Assembly: GCA_964016885.1 (NCBI GenBank)
Contig: OZ024741.1
Coordinates: 40,920,001-40,984,000, forward strand
Reading direction: 5' to 3'
Length of the DNA: 64,000 bases
Origin: Eledone cirrhosa
Taxonomy: Eukaryota
The notes beneath the pieces are model-generated. The model was not told where the DNA came from, did not search any database, and was given only the letters and a program-made list of their open reading frames with translations. Numbering within the stretch: the first letter of the stretch is position 1; the number at the start of each line of letters is the position of its first letter. The translations under genes and the position numbers were made by a program. Below are positions 1-12,186 of the stretch, piece by piece.

Positions 1-128
1 AAATCATCCCAACTTCAGAATCTTTCCCCTCTACAAAATTTAAAGATAATGCCACCCACACCCAACGCATCAGCAAGGAATCTCACTTTATTAACAAATA
101 CGGACCCCGTCTAAACACTTCTCCCTAA
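1..128 (+). pseudogene. C-terminal end of a Penelope-like GIY-YIG endonuclease (window-truncated, frameshifted)
   Basis: Translates HPNFRIFPLYK / FKDNATHTQRISKESHFINKYGPRLNTSP* (TAA 126-128), colinear with FIIFPFYKL...KIKEKNFIDKFQPKLN at the end of the PLE at ~22650-22757. Confidence 0.7.
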
Positions 129-786
129 GACGAACCCACAACATATACACGTCAACATACATACCTACATCAGCATACATCTCTATCCACATATAAACAC
201 AATGACATACGTAAACACACATGTTCTATGGTGCAACACAAATATACACAAATTTGCATACCTTTTGATGTCTATAGATATAAACGTGCCGACACACGCA
301 CATACATAAACGCACACATGCATTGCACACTCATGGGCACATACATATTTGTACACAAGTATTCCAATACGGAAAGGCCTAATGGATTCCCCTTGCAGTA
401 CGTACAATCTGGACACTCACACACACCTTGGTATTATGCCAATTCTATATATCATTTCACACCTTTTATTATTAAGGTTTTTGATGTTCTATTGAGAGAA
501 TTGTTTTTACTGAAAATATCGAATAATGTACACCATTTATACCAGTATCACAAAAATACTGGTCCACCCCCACACACACACACATATATAGACACACACA
601 GACACATATATACACATACACATAAACACGCGTACATTAACATACAAAGAGACATATACACAGACACCCACACACACTTCTCCGTATAAGGCAAGAGCTG
701 AAAAATATCTTTTAACATGTTAAAATATCCCCCACACACGTACAGACACATTCCTACTGACCATCTCTCTACCACGAATTACTCTG

Positions 787-788
<2 letters not shown>

Positions 789-834
<46 letters not shown>
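789..834. repeat. (CA)n microsatellite
   Basis: Direct inspection. Confidence 0.95.
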
Positions 835-837
<3 letters not shown>

Positions 838-1379
838 TCTTAATAGGCATTTGAACTGTCAACAGGCTGCGGTTCGCACACACATCCCTGCTGACCATTA
901 TCACAACGAACCTCTTTACTACTACTACACACACACACACACACACACACACATATTTGTTTTGAAAGACTTATTTTTCAGTGACTTCTCAATCAGCCGA
1001 CACAAACCTACATTTGGCGCAAAATCAATTTTTTACATTCACATGACCTCTACCGACCAATCAAAATTGTTTTGACCACAAGAATTTTTGCAACACGAAT
1101 TGGCGCGAAACTTATTTTAATACATAAAACAGGTAGAATTTCCAAAACTAATCAGATCAGAGCAAACATCACAGGCGCTCTATCTCAAAATTATTTTGAA
1201 AAGCATTAGAAATGCGCAACCGGTAAAACTTAAAACCAAAATTGAATACTAACCAATACTATTACTAATTTTTACTTATTCCTAATTAAACTATTTTTCA
1301 CTGGGAACAATTTGTCAGCATTGTCTTTTCCGTTTACCAATATATCATAACTCGTGTGTTACACCTCTATTCTTTTAAA

Positions 1380-1405
1380 TATATATATATATATATATAT
1401 ACATA

Positions 1406-1474
<69 letters not shown>
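1380..1474. repeat. (TA)n microsatellite (representative of dozens in the window)
   Basis: Direct inspection. Confidence 0.95.
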
Positions 1475-1477
<3 letters not shown>

Positions 1478-1479
1478 TA

Positions 1480-1579
1480 CAGGATGTCCCCCAAAATGTA
1501 TACATACTTGGATTACCTGTACAGGCAATAATTATTAGAATGCTGCTGAAGTGTGTATACGTTTTTGGGGTACACCCTG
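1480..1579. mobile_element. 100-bp Tc1/mariner-type MITE
   Basis: ~30-bp TIRs (CAGGATGTCCCCCAAAATGTATACATACTT versus revcomp of right end CAGGGTGTACCCCAAAAACGTATACACACTT), flanked by TA at 1478-79 and 1580-81. Confidence 0.8.
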
Positions 1580-2404
1580 TATATATATGTGTGTCTGCGT
1601 GCATGTGTGTATACATATACTCAACCTTTATTCTCTCCAATGCCGCCGTGAGTGCTACATTATCTGCATGATCATCATCATTGCTCATTTGGTTGTGCTC
1701 CAGGTTTAAGGTGGCTCTAGATTGCATATATGTGAGTGTGTGTGTGCATGCAGCAACATATATATGTCTTCATCATCGTTTAACATGTGTTTTCCTTGCT
1801 AGCAAAGTTTGGCCAGAGTATGCCAATACTTAACTGGAACTACAGATGTTTCAGAGATGCTTGGGCGCTACATATCACATTTCTACACTCAACTGAGTGC
1901 ACCGAGCGCATTTTATCGTGTCACCGTAACTTAGAAGACTGTCATGTCTTTGATACAGTTAAAAAGTCCTCCTGATGCTTTGATTGGCAAGTCTTCTATT
2001 GTTGCAAGCTATTCCTAACACCAACCGCTTTACATAGGTGTGTTTATTGTGTATAACACTAACACTAAAAAGGTTGTTGTGCCTTTGACACAAATAAAGA
2101 TTCCTCTCATCCCTGTTTTTGGCATAGTTTTTATAGCTGAATGCCTTTCCTATCACCAACCATCTTACAGAGTGTATTGGGTTCATTTTTCATGGCATCA
2201 GCATTAGAGAGGTTAGACATAAACATACAGAATCTCCTCAGTAAATATGCTTCAACCTTACTAAAAGTGTCAGTAATAATATTATCGAGAAAAGTATTTC
2301 CAAGCCTTGATTTAATAATACTAATGTTAAGGAAAATAGTAAATATAATAAGCATAAGATAAAAAATGCCAGTAAAGTCAAGACTAGCAAAACTAATAAT
2401 AATA

Positions 2405-2610
2405 CCGATGTCTACTATAGGCACAAGGCCAGCAATTTGCAAGGAGGGGAAATGTCATTATATCGATGCCAGTACATTAATAGTACTTTATTTTATCGAA
2501 CCTGAAAGGATGAAAGGCAAAGTAGACCTTGGCAGGATTCTAACTCAGGACGTAAAGAGATGGAATAAATGCAGCAAAGCATTTTCTCCGACACTAACGA
2601 TTCTGCTAAT
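2405..2610 (-). mobile_element. tRNA-derived SINE, family A (diverged copy)
   Basis: Revcomp carries the GCCTTTCATCCTT..GG.TCGATAAAATAAAGTAC core and GGCCTTGTGCC 3' motif shared with copies at 3261, 50557 and others. Confidence 0.8.
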
Positions 2611-2894
2611 CTACTGCCCTCTACTACTACTAATAATACTGACAATATTGGTAAGAATAGCAATATTATTATTGATAAACTCCATTCCTATATTAACACT
2701 AGTAATGTAATACATAATATTGTAATCAAAAACCAAAAAATGAACTGCAAACACCCAGCACATGTAAATCTTTCTGGGTGCACTAACAATATAAATACAA
2801 ATATTTCTTGCACTCTGCAATTATATATTCCAAACAATAATATCTTATCTGTAGATGATTCACATAATTAACTATTTAACAAAAAGAAAAATAC

Positions 2895-3110
2895 ATGAAA
2901 AAATATATATGGTTCAATCTTCCTTACGGGATACAAATATCATCAAACATACCTAGATTACTCTTTGATATATTGGAAAAATCTTTTCCCCCAAATCATA
3001 AATATCATAAATTATTAAATAAAAATACAGTAAAACAATCTTTCTCAACCACACCAAACTTTGCAGATTTTTTGGCATTCAATAACCATAGAAAAATTTA
3101 TGAATATAAA
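2895..3110 (+). pseudogene. Penelope-like element fragment (segment between RT and endonuclease)
   Basis: YIWFNLPY...ILEKSFPPNHKYHKLLNKNTVKQSFSTTPN resembles the WFNPPY...FP..H..HKIFN.NTVK.SYS..PN motif I recognise from invertebrate PLEs. Confidence 0.7.
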
Positions 3111-3260
3111 TCTGAACAAACAATTCTTGTATATTATAATATACAAACCAACCCTCCTGTAGTTTAACCCTTTCAAGACTATTTCTTATGAAATACACTT
3201 TATTTTAATTAATTCATGAAGACTTTTCAGGGATTTACTAACATTATTAATTATTCCATT

Positions 3261-3450
3261 GGTGGTGAATTGGCAGTATTGGTAGAGGGTCGGATGCCAT
3301 GCTTTGCAGCACAGTTACGTCCCTTTACGGACTGAGTTCAAATCCTGCCGAGGTTAACTTTGCCTTTCATCCTTACGGGGTCGATAAAATAAAGTACCAG
3401 TAATGTACTGGGTAATTGCTGGCCTTGTGCCATAAGTAGAAACAATTATT
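3261..3450 (+). mobile_element. tRNA-derived SINE family A with target-site duplication, inserted in a TTAA-MITE remnant (from 3164)
   Basis: A box TGGCAGTATTGG, B box GAGTTCAAATCC; central domain resembles the Meta/MESC SINE domain (from memory); ATTATTAATTATTCCATT repeated at 3243-3260 and 3445-3462. Confidence 0.85.
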
Positions 3451-3605
3451 AATTATTCCATTACTAAGATAGAAACTTAAGATAAGGTTCTTATATAAAA
3501 TTATGTTGAAATATTTCAATTTTAATTGCTAAATTCAAATTATAAACATATTACTACTTCTGTCAGTTATATTTCATTAATGTATTATTCTGTACACAAC
3601 CAAAG

Positions 3606-3651
<46 letters not shown>

Positions 3652-3664
3652 ATGTGTGTGTGTG

Positions 3665-3900
3665 TAAAAGGTAAACAGAAATAACAAAACAAACGACACA
3701 GTACATGGAAGAAATATATTAGTTTAACGCTTGAAATAGCAGATGGAGAGTCTTAAACTTTCAGACAGTAGTCCTTCATCAAAAGATAGAGTTAGAAATA
3801 GAAGATAAATAGAAAGCAAAGAGTGATGAAAGGAAGGAGCGGAGAAAATGAGGAAAAAAGGTGGAAGAAAAAAAAACACATGTGCGAATTCAGTCGGCCA
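3665..3900 (-). mobile_element. PLE-terminal-like dispersed repeat with degenerate hammerhead
   Basis: Homologous to 35667-35895(-), 53640-53870(-) and ~35100-35220(+); minus strand reads TTGATGA-AGGAC-TACT-GTCT-GAAA. Confidence 0.6.
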
Positions 3901-4207
3901 TCTTATATATATATATATATATAGAGTCTGCGATACTGAAACCGAGGAGAGTACTCAATACATGGGGGAATGTAGAGTGGGTATAGAGATGTGTAAATTA
4001 CCAATTGCAGCGCCAAGCGGTTACAGCTTGTGTGTTCAACAAACCTTTTCAAGGGCGTAGTAATATCTGTCGAGTATGAAAAAATAGGTCACTGGTCTTG
4101 GTAGTGACCTATTTTTTCATACCCTACAGATATTACTACGCTCTTGAAAAGGATTGCTGAACCTACAAGCTGAAACTGATTGGCACTATGATTCAGGGTT
4201 TTACACA

Positions 4208-4257
<50 letters not shown>

Positions 4258-4557
4258 TATGGCACACAGGTAGAATAAAATTCCAGATGTTTGTATAGCA
4301 GTTGCAATGGTTGAAATTATTACTGTGGCAACAATTATTATTATAATATTAATAATAGTAATAATCACTACCAACATTATAACAACAACAACAGCAATTA
4401 TTATTATTACTATTGTTGTTGTTGTTGGTATTACTATTGTTGTTGTTGGTATTATTATAGTTGTAGCTATAACAATAGCAATGTGAGTAAAATGAAGATT
4501 TCGTTTATTGACCGATGGTGATGGTGATGACAATGATGACAATAACAATGATTCTGG

Positions 4558-4595
<38 letters not shown>

Positions 4596-5346
4596 TTTAG
4601 CCAAGTTTTTCAGAGATGACAAGAGAGGGAAAGTTCAGATCAATAAATTTTGATTTTTTTTGGCAATGTTCAATGGTTTTATAATGATGTATGCAGATGA
4701 TGGCTGCTATTGTGACCATCCTTGATATATATTTATGGCTACCCATTATTATTATTATTACTACCACTATTCTTAACTTCCAATTTCTCTATGGCCTTTA
4801 TTTTCACTGGCAACCCTTGATATTGCTTTTCTTCTTAATAACCAACAACCGACATAAATGAAGAAAGAGTTATGGTGATAAGAAGGTTGCTGATTAACAT
4901 GATAAAAACTGACAAAAGGATATTTTTCACAAGTCATGAACTTTGACCAATGAAAAACTAGTACTTTCTTAAGCCTTGCTAAATCTTGATCTGACCTCTG
5001 GGCCAGAAATGAAATCATTCCCATGATAGAAAATGCTGTACCAACTTTTAATAGTATGCATACTCTAACAAAGAAAGATGTGTGAGCTTCATTAAGATGT
5101 TCAGATAAAGTGCTGTCAAGGTTGAAATCCAGAGAAACATCAAGTTCAACAAGGGTTAGTAGTGTACAAGAGCACAGCAGGGACTTGGCAACCTAGTTCT
5201 ATATTCAGAAATACCATTTAACATAGATACGCAGATACCAACAACATACTACACTGTTCCGTCATTTTTCTCTATTCAAACATCACATGTCATGTAAATA
5301 AATGCTGCCAGTCATACATTGTGTTGTGATACGAATATTGCTTCCA

Positions 5347-5720
5347 AGGTAGAGGGTTGGATGTATGCTTTCCAGCATAGTTACGTCCCTTTACGGTCTG
5401 AGTTCAAATACCGCCAAGGTTGACTTTGCCTTTCATCCTTACGGGGTCGATAAAATAAAGTACCAGTAATGCACTGGGTAATTGCTGGCCTTGTGCCTAA
5501 AGTAGAAACAATTATTAACAATTTTTAAGGTTGGTAGATTTGCAACATAGAGTTACGGCCCTTTACAATCTGAGTTCAAATTCCGCCGAGGTTAGCTTTA
5601 CCTTTCATCATTACAGAGTCAATAAATAAAGCACCAGTAAAGAACTGGGGTCGATTTAATTGACTTTCCCCTCCCCTTCAAATTGCTGGCCTTGTGCCTA
5701 ACATAGAAACAATTATTAAC
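5347..5720 (+). mobile_element. Tandem pair of family A SINEs
   Basis: Two B boxes (GAGTTCAAAT), two CCTTTCATC cores and two GGCCTTGTGCC...AGAAACAATTATT tails. Confidence 0.85.
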
Positions 5721-6072
5721 AGTTTTGCTATCAAACCATACAAGACCACATCATGTTGTATCAAATATAAGAACCCATTTTAAATGAGTTCTTTTGTTAA
5801 ATTAAAACCTTCCAACATAATTTTATATAAGATTGATACATTAAGTTAAAATCTTAATAATGAAACATTAATTTTAGTAAATATCTCAAAATTCTTTATT
5901 AATTAATTAGAATACAGTGTATTTAATTAGAAATATAGTAATGGAATGGTTAATACAAATACCAGCAACCCACAACATTGTTCTACCATTTTTCTCTTCC
6001 CAAACATCATTCACATGTTTTGTATATAAACCCTGACATTGTGCTGTGATATGAATATTGTTTTCACTATTA

Positions 6073-6460
6073 ATGGATTGGCAGTATCAGTAACTCTATG
6101 CTTTGCAGCATAGAGTTATGGCCCTTTATGAACTGAGTTCAAATCCCACCAAGGTTAACTTTGCCTTCCATCCTTACAGGGTCGATAACATAAAGCACCA
6201 GTAATGCACTGTGATAATTGCTGGCCTTGTGCCAAAAGTAGAAACAACTATTAATGGTGGATTGGAAGTATCGTTAGAGTTTCAAGGCATAGAGTTACGG
6301 CCCTTTAAGTCCTGAGTTCGAATCCCACAGATGTTAGCTTTGTCTTTCATCCTTATGTGGTCAATAAAATAAAGTACCAGTAATGCACTAAGGTTGATTT
6401 AATTGACTTTCCCCTAACCCCAAATAATTGGCTTTGTGCCTAAAATCAGAAACCATTACT
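6073..6460 (+). mobile_element. Tandem pair of family A SINEs
   Basis: Same motifs as 5347-5720. Confidence 0.85.
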
Positions 6461-6834
6461 AACTCTTTCCACACCAAACTGCCTAAAACTGCTTCCTGGT
6501 TCTATGATACAAAACTGATTGCTTCAAAGTGTTTATATTTATACCAAATCCTTCCATCATGATTTTAAGAACCTTAGTTATATTATGATCCAAACATCAA
6601 CTCAATGAGAAATTAGTTATTTTACTAAATTCTTCCAAATTGTTGATTATTTTCAAAATTATTTGAAAATTATAGGCAATGTCTTCCATTAGAAATATAG
6701 AAATGAAAGGATTAATTGTCTACACTGTGGTGAATTCTGTAAAATATGGATGTGTTTAATATCTTAATTTTTGCATTGTATTATATACTGCATTGCAACT
6801 GCTCATTGAAGTAAGTACTTGGTCTTTTTCTTGC

Positions 6835-7030
6835 TGTATGACATATGCACAATGGTTAGAGGACAGATTGAGATTGGTGAGCCAGACTAAGGCATCATTT
6901 GTGGTAATATGGATTGCATCCAGGCTGTCGGGAAAACATCTGAGGGGGCAAACCTGAACAACATTCAGCACTGTCTGGTCAGGGTCCCCACAGTCACATG
7001 CTGGGCTGTCTTTCATTTTCCATCAATTTG
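6835..7030 (-). pseudogene. 3' fragment of a non-LTR retrotransposon ORF (I-group, Vingi/Ingi-like C-terminal zinc knuckle)
   Basis: DSPACDCGDPDQTVLNVVQVCPLR...ALVWLTNLNL fits the SP.C.CG...QT..H....CP...WL C-terminal motif, with the His replaced by Asn. Confidence 0.6.
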
Positions 7031-7488
7031 AAAGAGAGTCAAGTGCATGGTGAAGTGGTGAAAGTGCATTATATAGAATTAAATTAACAAAACCCTAATA
7101 TGGTACTAATCATCATCAGCCTCATGTTCCTGCAATAGGTAGAGCCAGTCATTGGGGAGCCATTCTAGACACGCAGTCAGTTGTCATCACTGGTATCTAT
7201 GCAGTGTAGAGGGATCTCAGTGTTGTGACTAAACCAATACAATGAGTTAAAAACCTTAGATTAACAGAGATTATCCAAGTAGAGCAGACCCTTTAGTAAT
7301 GAACATCTGTGGTACAAGTTTTTCCTTTAATTAAGTAACAATAAAATCATGTCATTGAATGATTTCCATACAACAATAAAGAATATGTATATATATTATT
7401 CATAGGTGTATAAATAATATTACAACTAACATTGCAAATTGCTTGCAATTCTTTCAGAATAACATTACAAATATAATGTCATTGATAA

Positions 7489-7537
7489 ATACTCGCCTGC
7501 CACGCGGGCAGCCTGGGTTCAATTCCCAACCAATGCA
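7489..7537 (+). pseudogene. 5'-truncated tRNA-Gly(GCC) pseudogene
   Basis: CTCGCCTGCCACGCGGG-CAGCCTGGGTTCAATTCCCAACCAATGCA gives the anticodon arm (GCC), T arm and acceptor 3' strand; the D arm and 5' acceptor strand are absent. Confidence 0.8.
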
Positions 7538-8072
7538 TCTTACTATTGTCTTACTCATGCTAGCATGGAAAATGGACATTAAACAATGATGATAATGATG
7601 ATATACTTATATAACAAATACAATTAACCCTTGTCAGGAACCTTGCAAAAACAACGAACCAAAATATATAACTAGAGTGAGAGAAAGAAAAAAGAAAAGA
7701 AAGGGGGAGGCAAAAACAAACACGACCATCAATTCGCGACTAAGTGTGACAATCAGCCGCACATCACAAAGAATTAAAAACTAAGGTTGATTGAAGGTTG
7801 CTTATGCCTACACATACAAATTCTGTGTGTGGCTGTATTAGTGTATTATTTAGCTTCATCTTACATGTGGTATTTGTCCTGTAAGCATTTATTGTATGTG
7901 TCAAGATAATTTGGTGTTTCTTAAATATCTTCACACTCTTCAGTTCAAAGAGTTAACAAATAAAACAAAACAAATGTAAGATTAATGATAAATCAAAAGG
8001 GAATTTCTTCTTTTTGTTTATTCATTCTTGTATTTACTGAACAAATATTACATTGTTTTTATTATATGCATC

Positions 8073-8255
8073 GGTGGTCAGTAGCATAGAGTTACGGCCC
8101 TTTACGTTCTGACTTCAAATCCTTCCGAGGTTAGCTTTGCTTTTCATCCTTTCGGGATCGATAAAATAAAGTATCAGTAATGTACTGGCGTTGATATAAC
8201 CAACTTTCCCTCTCCCCCACAATTGTTGGCCTTGTGCCTAAATCAGAAATCATTA
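8073..8255 (+). mobile_element. Family A SINE with internally deleted head
   Basis: Core and tail motifs present; ATTATATGCATC duplicated on both sides. Confidence 0.8.
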
Positions 8256-8856
8256 TATGCATCTATTTTTATTAATAATTTGTGTTTTATCAATTAAAAA
8301 TAAAGGGCTTTGTGTATAAACTTTCAGGATTGGTTGAGGTTTGGGAACAAATTGTGCCTAACTATATGTATTTTAATTGATGTGGTAACGAATGAGGTTA
8401 TAGAATGAATTAGATTTCTTACCAAAGGGTTTGCAGTAATTATTTATTCCATCCATAAAACAATGAGTTTCTAATATATTCAGAAGTACTGTTAACACAA
8501 ATACACATATACCAAAAAATTTACTACACTGTTCTATTATTTTTTGCTATTTAAACATCACCATCCATATGCTTTATAAGTAAACATTGCCAATTATACA
8601 TATAGAATTATATGTAAAAGCTTTCAGATAAATATAAACACTTTAAAAGAAACAATTTTGTATTTCAGGCAGTTTGGTATCAATAGGGTTAAAAAATGGC
8701 AGCTTATACTTTTCATTACCATATTTCTAATGAAATACACTGCATATGATTTTAAAAGGATTTTGAAAATAATCAAGAGTTTGTTAAGATTTAGTAATAT
8801 AATTCATTTTTTATTATTAAGTTAGTGTTTAGAACAAAACTTAATATAGGCTCTTA

Positions 8857-10069
8857 CTCTCAGGTCCAAAATAATAGGAGTGGGGTGGGGGTAGTTGGAA
8901 AATTAGTAATTTTTCTAGGTTGTCTCCATTGATTTTTTAAAAACCAGAATTAGTCATTTAATTTAGATATTGAGACGCCAACCTATCCTATTTATATTAT
9001 AATGTACTAGCAGAATGGCCCAGCGTTGCTCGGGATTCTAAACATAGATTGGCATGTTTATCCCTCCTTTCTGAAACAGTACAGAGAAGTACGGAATACC
9101 TCAGCCTGGGGATGGTGTCTACATTTTGTGCTTATAAAAAAAATTTGTCGTAGATTACCAGGGGTTTAACTTAATTGGGTGCCTGAGAGTAAAATGTTCA
9201 ACCCACGAAAGCCAAGACGATAGGGTTAAGTAAAAAGGCATTCGACAAACCGAACATGTATTTGTTGTGCTATGGTACAATGAAAGCAATAGTTACAGAG
9301 CAGTAAGCATGTGGGACGGCATGAAGGAATTTAGTTGGATACTTTTAAGGTTACAGGCCCTAATGCAACCAAAATGCTAAACAAAGCGGTCCCCGAGCAA
9401 AAATTTGAAATCTTTTTCAGTCAAGAAAATTTGTTAAACACAAGTAATGCATATACAAAGTTTTAAAAAAATTGGTTGGGTACTTCTCAAGTTACAGGCC
9501 CTAACACAACCAAAATGCTTAAAAAAATAGGTTTTTCGCCTAATGCGGTCCCTGGGGCAAAAAATAAGAAAATCTTTTTTGCTCAAAACACTTTAAACAT
9601 CATAAATAATGCAAATTTTGAAGATATAGCCTGGAATATTGTTCCTTTATGCCTCAAAAAAGCCTTTAAAGCCTAAAATATGCGGTTTTTCGCCTAATGC
9701 GGTCCCTAGGGTATTGAAAATTTGAAATATATTTTGCTCAAAACACTCACACGACCATAAGTATTACATGTGCAAAGTTTGAAAAACATCGGTTGGGTGG
9801 TTCTCGAGTTTTAGGGAGACAGACAGACAGTTTTAGATATATAGATGAGATTTCTATCAATGTACTTTTCTTGTCATGTATAATGTTTTTTAATGTTTAA
9901 AGAAAATTAATCGTTGCAGGAATGCTACCAATTAAAATAAAATTTTGCTGGAGATACATTAGCAAAATTTAATAGGCGGGTGGATTGGAATACGAGCAGG
10001 GGAAGGGGGTGGGTGGCTGGAAAACATCTGAAAAATTAATAGTTGGGGGCATTATTTAAGATCCGAGAG
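8857..10069. mobile_element. TA-flanked TIR element (MITE) interrupted by a Helitron
   Basis: Left TA|CTCTCAGGTCCAAAATAAT, right revcomp TA|CTCTCGGATCTTAAATAAT; related G-rich blocks near both ends. Confidence 0.65.
9007..9845 (-). mobile_element. Non-autonomous Helitron (839 bp)
   Basis: Minus strand: A|TCTATATATCTAAAA plus (CTGT)n at the 5' end; hairpin CCCGAGC-AAC-GCTGGG just before CTAG|T at the 3' end; inserted between A and T with no TSD; ~3 internal degenerate repeats (9335-9800). Confidence 0.85.
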
Positions 10070-11410
10070 TACACAGAGTAATGATGCAATTTTTTTTAGA
10101 TAAATATATAATGAAAACTCTGCCTATGATCTGAGAATATTGAAAATAATGAAGATTTAGAAATTACTAACTTTCTCATCTGTGGTATTTGGAGCATAAC
10201 AATAAAGGTTCTTACATAAAATTATGACAGAAGGCTCTTAGATAAATAAAAACATTTAAAAATAAATATTTAAAAAAATAAATTATAGAACCAGGAGTGG
10301 CTTGAGATAGTTTGGTATCAAAAGGGTTAATTCAGCCAAAAGTTTAAGAACATAGATTCAAAGAACTCTACTTAATTCAGTTATCAAATCATCCTCATCA
10401 TTTTACATCCACATTTTCCATCCTAGATTGTACTGAATGAACATTTTGAAGTAGTTTATCTAAGAGCAGACATCTATACTTATGCCAAACTATTCTTTAT
10501 TTATAAGAATGGTATATACTGCTGACATTCAAAAAATCTGCAAGATGAATTGTTTATGAGGGACATAAACAAACGTCACTGCTTACTTTTATTTTTAAAT
10601 GGCATTGATATGAAGATATTGACAACACTTGAGTGAAATTTAGTAAGCAGAAACTGTAGACATCCATTGAATATGTATGTGTGTATGTATATATATATGT
10701 ATGTGTGTGAATATGTATGTGTGTATGTATATATATATATACTCTTTTACTCTTTTACCTGTTTCAGCCATCCGGCTGAGGCCATGCTGGGGCACCGATA
10801 TATATATATATATAGTCTAGGTGGTTCAGTGAAACTTCGTTACCACCACCGACGCCGGTAGAGGAGTATATTTATATGACGACCATATAACAGAATTAAA
10901 CTTTGGGGTTCCCCAAAAGTTTCTGAACCAAAAAGGGTTCTGCATTTGAAAAAGTTTGCAATAAGGAAAGAGTTTGGCTCCATCAGGTTTAAAATGCCCA
11001 AGACATAATATGTATCAGGACAGCACCCCAATGACACCATCAAGAATTAAGAGCCCTTTACCTTACCTACTAAAAATTCAGTCATAAAGCCAATGGTTTA
11101 TTTTATAATCTTCAAGTATCTGTTACCTTCATTTTATCAGTAGAAAGAGTTAACAAGGAAATTTCAGTTTCCCCCCCAAAAAAGCCAACTGTTGTATATT
11201 TGTGAAGTGTGATGTATGGTAGTAAAATATTGACAATACACATAGAGGATTTGCATTTTGCATCAATGAGAAATTTACTTTGAAACCAGTCACGTGGTTT
11301 CAAGTAGTCTTCCACTGTGTGGCACCTTGGGAAAGTGTTTCTTCTATAGCCTTAGAATGACCAATGCTTTATGAGTGGATTTGGTAGTTGGAAACTGTAA
11401 GGAAAACCAG

Positions 11411-11445
<35 letters not shown>

Positions 11446-11846
11446 TTATCATCATTGTTTAACATCCACTTTCCATACTAGCATGGGTTAGACGGGTTTT
11501 AGGCAAGTTAGGTCCAGTGACTGTGTCTTGCTCATACAGAACTGTTACTGGCTTGGATTCTACAGCTGGATGCCCTTCCTAACACTGACCACTTTACAGT
11601 GTGGCCTGGGGACTAGGGCGAGGGATGTAAAGGCATAGAAGAAGGCTGGGGTGATTAGAATGTAGGTGGAGTGTTAGTGTGTGGGAGATGTATTGCACTG
11701 GGAGAGAGAATACGGGTTAACTGGTGCATACTAGATGTGTGCTTCAACCTAGGTGCGTGGAATGCAGGTCTTCTGTGTGTGTGTGTGTTAATGGTCGCTT
11801 ATATTTATGGTACGTCAAAATTATTTATAAAACTGCTTATATATTG

Positions 11847-11912
11847 TATTTTATCTGACGAAGGCATGCCATATTTTTAATATGGTATCCCTGAAATATG
11901 TATAATGAAATA
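11847..11912 (+). ncRNA. Type I minimal hammerhead ribozyme, complete core
   Basis: TATTTTAT-CTGACGA-[AGGCATGCCATATT/AATATGGTATCCCT]-GAAA-TATGTA-TA^-ATGAAATA; 8-bp stem I with one G-U. Confidence 0.8.
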
Positions 11913-11944
11913 AATATAGTTTCCATTTGTTTAATATCGTTATG

Positions 11945-11994
<50 letters not shown>

Positions 11995-11995
11995 A

Positions 11996-12030
<35 letters not shown>

Positions 12031-12147
12031 GAGAGATTTGTGTAACTCAGTACACTTTGTAAAGAGATTCACATTAGGAAGGGCACTCAGCTGTAGAAAC
12101 CATGCCAATTCTAACTAACCCATGCCACCATGTAAAACGATGATATG

Positions 12148-12186
<39 letters not shown>

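Noticed and set aside
1140-1230. Possible hammerhead downstream of the PLE fragment (GAAATGCGCA)
   Set aside because: Core and stems too degenerate to assemble consistently.
7489-8090. Permuted or split tRNA-Gly (3' part at 7489, GCATCGGTGGTCAGT at 8068)
   Set aside because: GCATC belongs to the SINE target duplication ATTATATGCATC and GGTGG is the normal SINE start, so the resemblance is probably coincidental.
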